Part shown: piece by piece, positions 60,058 through 64,000 of the stretch | Position numbering within the stretch: the first letter of the stretch is position 1 | How the letters are laid out: each line of letters opens with the position of its first letter | Source: Vicinamibacteria bacterium | GTDB taxonomy: Bacteria > Acidobacteriota > Vicinamibacteria > Marinacidobacterales > Marinacidobacteraceae | Assembly: GCA_963668695.2 (NCBI GenBank) | Contig: CAXXLQ010000004.1 | Span: 128,001 to 192,000, forward strand | Direction: 5' to 3' | Length of the DNA: 64,000 nt | The notes under the pieces: generated by a model | What the model saw: the letters and a program-made list of their open reading frames with translations, nothing else | What the model was told of the DNA's origin: nothing | The model's database searches: none | Program-made: the position numbers and the translations under genes

Positions 60058-61013
60058 CCCCGCCGAACGCTCGGGGTGTCCAGAAGGTTCCCCGCGGAGG
60101 ACTTCAACAGCTCCGAAATTCCCTCCTCCAGCGGGACCCGCGCTCTGAAACCCAGCCGTTCCGCAGCGCTTCCAATGTCGGCCGAGGCATGGCGCATGTC
60201 GCCGGTGCGCGACGCCGCGAAGGTGGGCGTCAGTCCCACTCCGGCGGCTTTCGCAACCAGACGCCAGATTTCCCCTACCGAGACGGCACGCCCGGTTCCC
60301 ACGTTGAATGCCTCTCCCCCGGGCTCCTGCGAGGCTCTTCGGAGGGCGAGAATCAACGCGTCCACCACATCGCCCACGAAAACGAAATCCCGGGTCTGCC
60401 CGCCGTCGCCATGAATCTCGGGCCGCTCGCCGCGGGTCGCCTGAGCCGTAAACCGGGCGAGAACGCCGGAATAGGGAGAGTCGGCCGGCTGACCCGGCCC
60501 GTACACGTTGAAAAAACGCAGAGCGATGGCCGGCGGTCCCCCGGTGCGGTGATACAGGAGGACGTGCCGCTCCCCGGCCAGTTTGGTCACCGCGTACACG
60601 GAAAGGGGCCTCAAGGGGACGGATTCCGCAATCGGGCGCTCGCCGGCGTCGCCGTACACGGAGCAGGACGAGGCATACACGAGAGCGGAGACGCCCGCTC
60701 GCCGGGACTCGTCGAGCACCACGAGGGTTCCCTCGATGTTCACCCGAGCCGCAGTCTCCGGGTCCAGCTCCGCGCGCGGTACCGAGGCGAGCGCCGCCAA
60801 GTGAGCGACCCTGCCCACCCCGGAGAGAGCGGCCCGGACTGCGGCAGGACTCCGGATGTCCCCTTCGCACACCTCGATCAGGGGGTTCCCGGAGATGCGT
60901 TCGCGCCGGCCCGTCGAGAAATCATCGAGAATCCGGACCCGCTCGCCGGATCCCGTAAGACGGTCGGCCAGCGCCGAGCCGATGAAACCGGCCCCGCCGG
61001 TGATCAATATCAC
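60054..61013 (-). CDS. NAD-dependent nucleotide-sugar epimerase/dehydratase (extended SDR)
   Basis: ITGGAGFIGS, ASSCSVYG, YAVTK (YxxxK), RFFNVYGP and TRDFVFV motifs. Confidence 0.92.
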   Translation of the reverse strand: MILITGGAGFIGSALADRLTGSGERVRILDDFSTGRRERISGNPLIEVCEGDIRSPAAVRAALSGVGRVAHLAALASVPRAELDPETAARVNIEGTLVVLDESRRAGVSALVYASSCSVYGDAGERPIAESVPLRPLSVYAVTKLAGERHVLLYHRTGGPPAIALRFFNVYGPGQPADSPYSGVLARFTAQATRGERPEIHGDGGQTRDFVFVGDVVDALILALRRASQEPGGEAFNVGTGRAVSVGEIWRLVAKAAGVGLTPTFAASRTGDMRHASADIGSAAERLGFRARVPLEEGISELLKSSAGNLLDTPSVRRG

Positions 61014-61074
61014 GTCGGTCGAGTCATCCGGAGACGGGGCGAGACCGGAAACCCCGGCCGGAACGAATGCAGCG

Positions 61075-61763
61075 TTAACAGCCTGTGGTGGAACCCGGGT
61101 GAGCGCCGAGAGCAGCGAGGCGCCCGCCTGACAAGGCGCGTGAGGGAGGAATACCGCGTGTATTCCGACCGAAACGCAACGATGAGCGGCGCGAAGCGAC
61201 GCGGTTCAGGCGGGATGGATCGCCGCTCGAACGCCGCCTGGGTTTCGCCACAGGCTGTTAACAGCCGGTGGTGGAACCCACGTGAGCGCCGAGCCCGGTG
61301 AGGCCCAGTTCTCCCGGTGGGGCCAGTCCTCCCGGTGGGGGCCCGGCTGACAAGGCGCGTGAGGGAGGAATACCGCGTGTATTCCGACCGCAACGATGAG
61401 CGGCGCGAAGCGACGCGGTGAACAGCCGGTGGTGGAACCCGCGTGAGCGCCGAGGCCGGCGAGGCCCAGTTCTCCCGGTGGGGCCAGTTCTCCCGGTGGG
61501 GGCCCGGCTGACAAGGCGCGTGAGGAAGGAATACCGGGTGTATTTCGACCGAAACGCAACGATGAGCGGCGCGCAGCGACGCGGTCAGCCGGGATGGATC
61601 GCCGGCCGAGCCCCCACCGGGAGAACTGGGCCGCGCGGGTTTCATCACAGACTGTTTGGCCGGGATGGATCGCTGGCCAAACGCCGCGTGGGTTCCACCA
61701 CAGGCTGTTCGGCCGGGATGGATCGCCGGTCGAACGCCGCGTGGGTTTGCCACAGGCTGTTAA
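61075..61763. mobile_element. MITE cluster: a simple copy, a nested composite and a duplicated end
   Basis: TTAA junctions at 61075, 61258 and 61760; inner copy at about 61423-61654. Confidence 0.85.
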
Positions 61764-61789
61764 CAGCCGGGAACGGCCCCGCCTGAGTT

Positions 61790-61835
61790 TCGCTCCCCGG
61801 CGGGGAGCGATGCCGGTCGGAGGCCGGCGCTCCTG
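61790..61835. repeat. REP-like element 3' of rnpB
   Basis: TCGCTCCCCGGCGGGGAGCGA-TGCCGGTCGGAGGCCGGCGCTCC. Confidence 0.65.
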
Positions 61836-61840
61836 GGGTC

Positions 61841-62210
61841 CGAGCCGCTCGTAAGCCGAATTCTGTTCCCTGGCGCGGTTGCCCGCGGCGGGGTGACGGT
61901 CATGCATCTAGCCCGGCGGTTACCCGACGGGTCAAGCGACCTACCCGGAAGCTCGGACAGGCGGCCCTCGGGTGCTTCCCTATTTGGTCTTGCTCCATGC
62001 GGGGTTTACCGTGCCCTGGACATCGCTGCCCAGGCGGTGCGCTCTTACCGCACCTTTTCACCCTTACCGCTCCCCGGAGGGAGAGGCGGTTTGTTTTCTG
62101 TGGCACTTTCCTTCCGGTCACCCGGACTGGGGGTTACCCAGCGCACTGCCTTGCGGAGTTCGGACTTTCCTCCCGCTCCCGAGGGAGCCGGCGACCGTCT
62201 GAACGACTCG
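61841..62210 (-). ncRNA. rnpB: RNase P RNA (type A)
   Basis: Minus strand GAGGAAAGTCC, GGAAAGTGCCACAGAAA, GGGTGAAAAGGTGCGGTAAGAGCGCACC, ACAGAATTCGGCTTA; P1 pairs CGAGTCGTTC with GAGCGGCTCG. Confidence 0.97.
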
Positions 62211-62224
62211 AACCGGGCGGAATT

Positions 62225-63610
62225 CTAGCGGCCCGGAGTTCCCGCCTTCGCGATGCGGCGAGCGAGAGCCTCAGGATCGATGCCAAGGCTGCGGGCGGCC
62301 CGGTCACGGTCCCCGTCGCAGGCGGCCAATCTGCGCTCGACGAACCGACGTTCCTTGGTTGCCAGATACTCGGCGAGTCCTCCCGAGTCCTCGGGCGGCA
62401 AAGTCCCCGAAAGGTGCTCGCGCACGTCCTCCTCGCCGATCTCATCTCCCGGGCTCAGGATCAGGAGGCGTTCCACGAGATTCCGGAGCTCCCGGACGTT
62501 CCCCGGGAACGACTGCGTGGCGAGGCAGTCGAGAGCGCCATCGGTGAACGGGCGGGGACGCTGCCCGCCCACCTGGAGCTGTTTCAGGAAGTGGGTAACG
62601 AGCAGCGGAACGTCCTCCGGGCGGCCCCGGAGGGGAGGCATCCGAATGGGAATCACGTTCAGACGGTGGAGCAGATCGCTGCGGAAACCCTCCTTCGCAA
62701 GATCCTGATTCGTCGCGGACAGAACGCGGACATCCACTTCCACGGCTTTTGAACCCCCGACCCGGGTGATCCGATTTTCCTCGAGGGCTCGCAGCACCTT
62801 GGCCTGGGTCCGAGCGCTCATATCCCCGACTTCGTCGAGGAACAGCGTGCCCCCGTCGGCTTGCTCGAATTTCCCCACCATCTGCCGGTGCGCACCCGTG
62901 TAGGACCCCCGCTCAGCTCCGAACAGTTCGCTTTCGATGAGTTCCTCGGGGATTGCCGCGCAGTTGACCTCGACAAAAGGTCCACCGGCGCGGCCACTGC
63001 GGTGGTGGAGGAGCCGCGCCGCCACTTCCTTGCCGGTGCCGGACTCGCCGGTGATAAGCACCCGCACATCGCTCGGCGCCACGCGCTCGATGCGCTCCCG
63101 CACTGCCGCAATGGCCGGGGACCGGCCCACGAGCTGCCGGTGTTCTCCCTCCTGGCTGCGGTGCATTTCCACCTCGGCGACCAGGCGGCGATTCTCGCTT
63201 TCAAGCCGCTTCCTCTCCAGCGTCCGCGTTTTGTCGATCGCCATGCGAAGACAGGCGCCGATGTCTCCGCCCCCGCCCTTTTCGAGGAAGTGGGCGGCGC
63301 CTTCCTGAATCGCCCGCACCGCGGTCTCGATGTCGCCGTGACCGGTGTGCATCACGACCGCCACCGATGGTTTCTCGGCGCGAATGCGCCGGAGGACTTC
63401 CATTCCGTCCATCCCGGGCATCTTGATGTCCAAAACCACGAGATCGCACGGCTCGCGCTCCAGCGCGGCGAGCGCGTCGGGGCCCGAAGCGGCTTCGAAG
63501 ACCGTCCAACCCTCGTACCGCAATCGGCGGCGGAGCGATCTGCGAATTACCGCCTCGTCGTCTACGACAAGTACCGCGATGTCCTCATCGCCGGAGACTG
63601 GTATCGGCAT
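62225..63610 (-). CDS. Sigma-54-dependent response regulator (NtrC/NtrX-like)
   Basis: REC domain (VVDDE, LDIKMPGMDG), GESGTGKE, ESELFG, GSYTGA, LFLDEV, FPGNVREL and C-terminal Fis-type HTH. Confidence 0.93.
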   Translation of the reverse strand: MPIPVSGDEDIAVLVVDDEAVIRRSLRRRLRYEGWTVFEAASGPDALAALEREPCDLVVLDIKMPGMDGMEVLRRIRAEKPSVAVVMHTGHGDIETAVRAIQEGAAHFLEKGGGGDIGACLRMAIDKTRTLERKRLESENRRLVAEVEMHRSQEGEHRQLVGRSPAIAAVRERIERVAPSDVRVLITGESGTGKEVAARLLHHRSGRAGGPFVEVNCAAIPEELIESELFGAERGSYTGAHRQMVGKFEQADGGTLFLDEVGDMSARTQAKVLRALEENRITRVGGSKAVEVDVRVLSATNQDLAKEGFRSDLLHRLNVIPIRMPPLRGRPEDVPLLVTHFLKQLQVGGQRPRPFTDGALDCLATQSFPGNVRELRNLVERLLILSPGDEIGEEDVREHLSGTLPPEDSGGLAEYLATKERRFVERRLAACDGDRDRAARSLGIDPEALARRIAKAGTPGR

Positions 63611-63621
63611 TCAGACGGATG

Positions 63622-63808
63622 CTAGCAACCTGTGGTGAAACCCAGGCGGCGTTCGAGCGGCGATGCATCCCACCTGAACCGCGCCGCGTTGCGGCGCTCT
63701 GCGTTGCGTTTCGGTCGAAATACACCCGGTATTCCTCCCTCACGCGCCTTGTCAGCCGGGCGCCTCCCCGCTCTCGGCGCTCACCCGGGTTCCACCACCG
63801 GCTGCTAG
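63622..63808. mobile_element. MITE with CTAG duplication
   Basis: CTAG-CAACCTGTGG...CCACCGGCTG-CTAG. Confidence 0.85.
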
Positions 63809-64000
63809 CCCGGCTGCGGCGCAGAGCGCCTCGAACCTTGGCCGAAGCAACCCGGTGTCTCCGCGGTCGGCAACCCACGCCATTCGGCTGCGGGCGGCGG
63901 ACAGGAGCTTCCGGCTTCCACGAACCCCTCCGAGATCGTTCTTGAGCGCTGCCGCCGCCAGTTGAACGAACGCCCGGAGCACTTCTCGCTCGGGCGTCTC
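63752..64000 (-). CDS. DUF309-like protein, 3' part (runs off the right edge; C-terminus now encoded by the MITE)
   Basis: REVLRAFVQLAAAALK..G..RG..KLL resembles the DUF309 C-terminal helices. Confidence 0.55.
   Translation of the reverse strand, partial: ETPEREVLRAFVQLAAAALKNDLGGVRGSRKLLSAARSRMAWVADRGDTGLLRPRFEALCAAAGLAAGGGTRVSAESGEAPG

Noticed and set aside
59839-60870. N-terminal extension of the M23 peptidase ORF (783 aa)
   Set aside because: It runs through a MITE and an alternative frame of the epimerase gene.

Overview
High-GC bacterial chromosomal window. The Oar-type TonB-dependent receptor, DUF885 protein, Tat amidase and ankyrin lipoprotein suggest an Acidobacteriota-like, possibly host-associated organism; this is inference only. 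It holds about 45 genes plus rnpB. Core and metabolic genes include tkt, ltaE, a CAD/Bacteroidota-type carAB, a malY/patB homologue, larA, comEA and a sigma-54 regulator. There are two catabolic clusters: a secreted amide/gamma-glutamyl cluster (amidase, three divergent CapA proteins, GGT, TonB receptor, two asparaginases) and a proline/hydroxyproline cluster (two OCD-family proteins, DHDPS-family protein, ProDH, NSS transporter, split AcnX). Accessory cassettes sit at convergent gene junctions: an ABC-ATPase plus two PD-(D/E)XK-like proteins (candidate defence system) bracketed by about 66-bp inverted REP copies, a decayed BrnT/BrnA-MntA/HepT toxin-antitoxin cluster, and a RES-Xre pair. The non-coding DNA is unusually structured. 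It contains a roughly 200-bp MITE family with YTAR target duplications that often lands on stop codons, a REP family, a 19-bp GGCC-bounded micro-insertion found inside both repeat families, a 21-bp iteron-like repeat cluster, and a 21-unit array with an exact 32-bp period made of two different unit types. No transposase, cas gene, tRNA or rRNA was recognised. All calls were made by eye from motifs, with no database searches.
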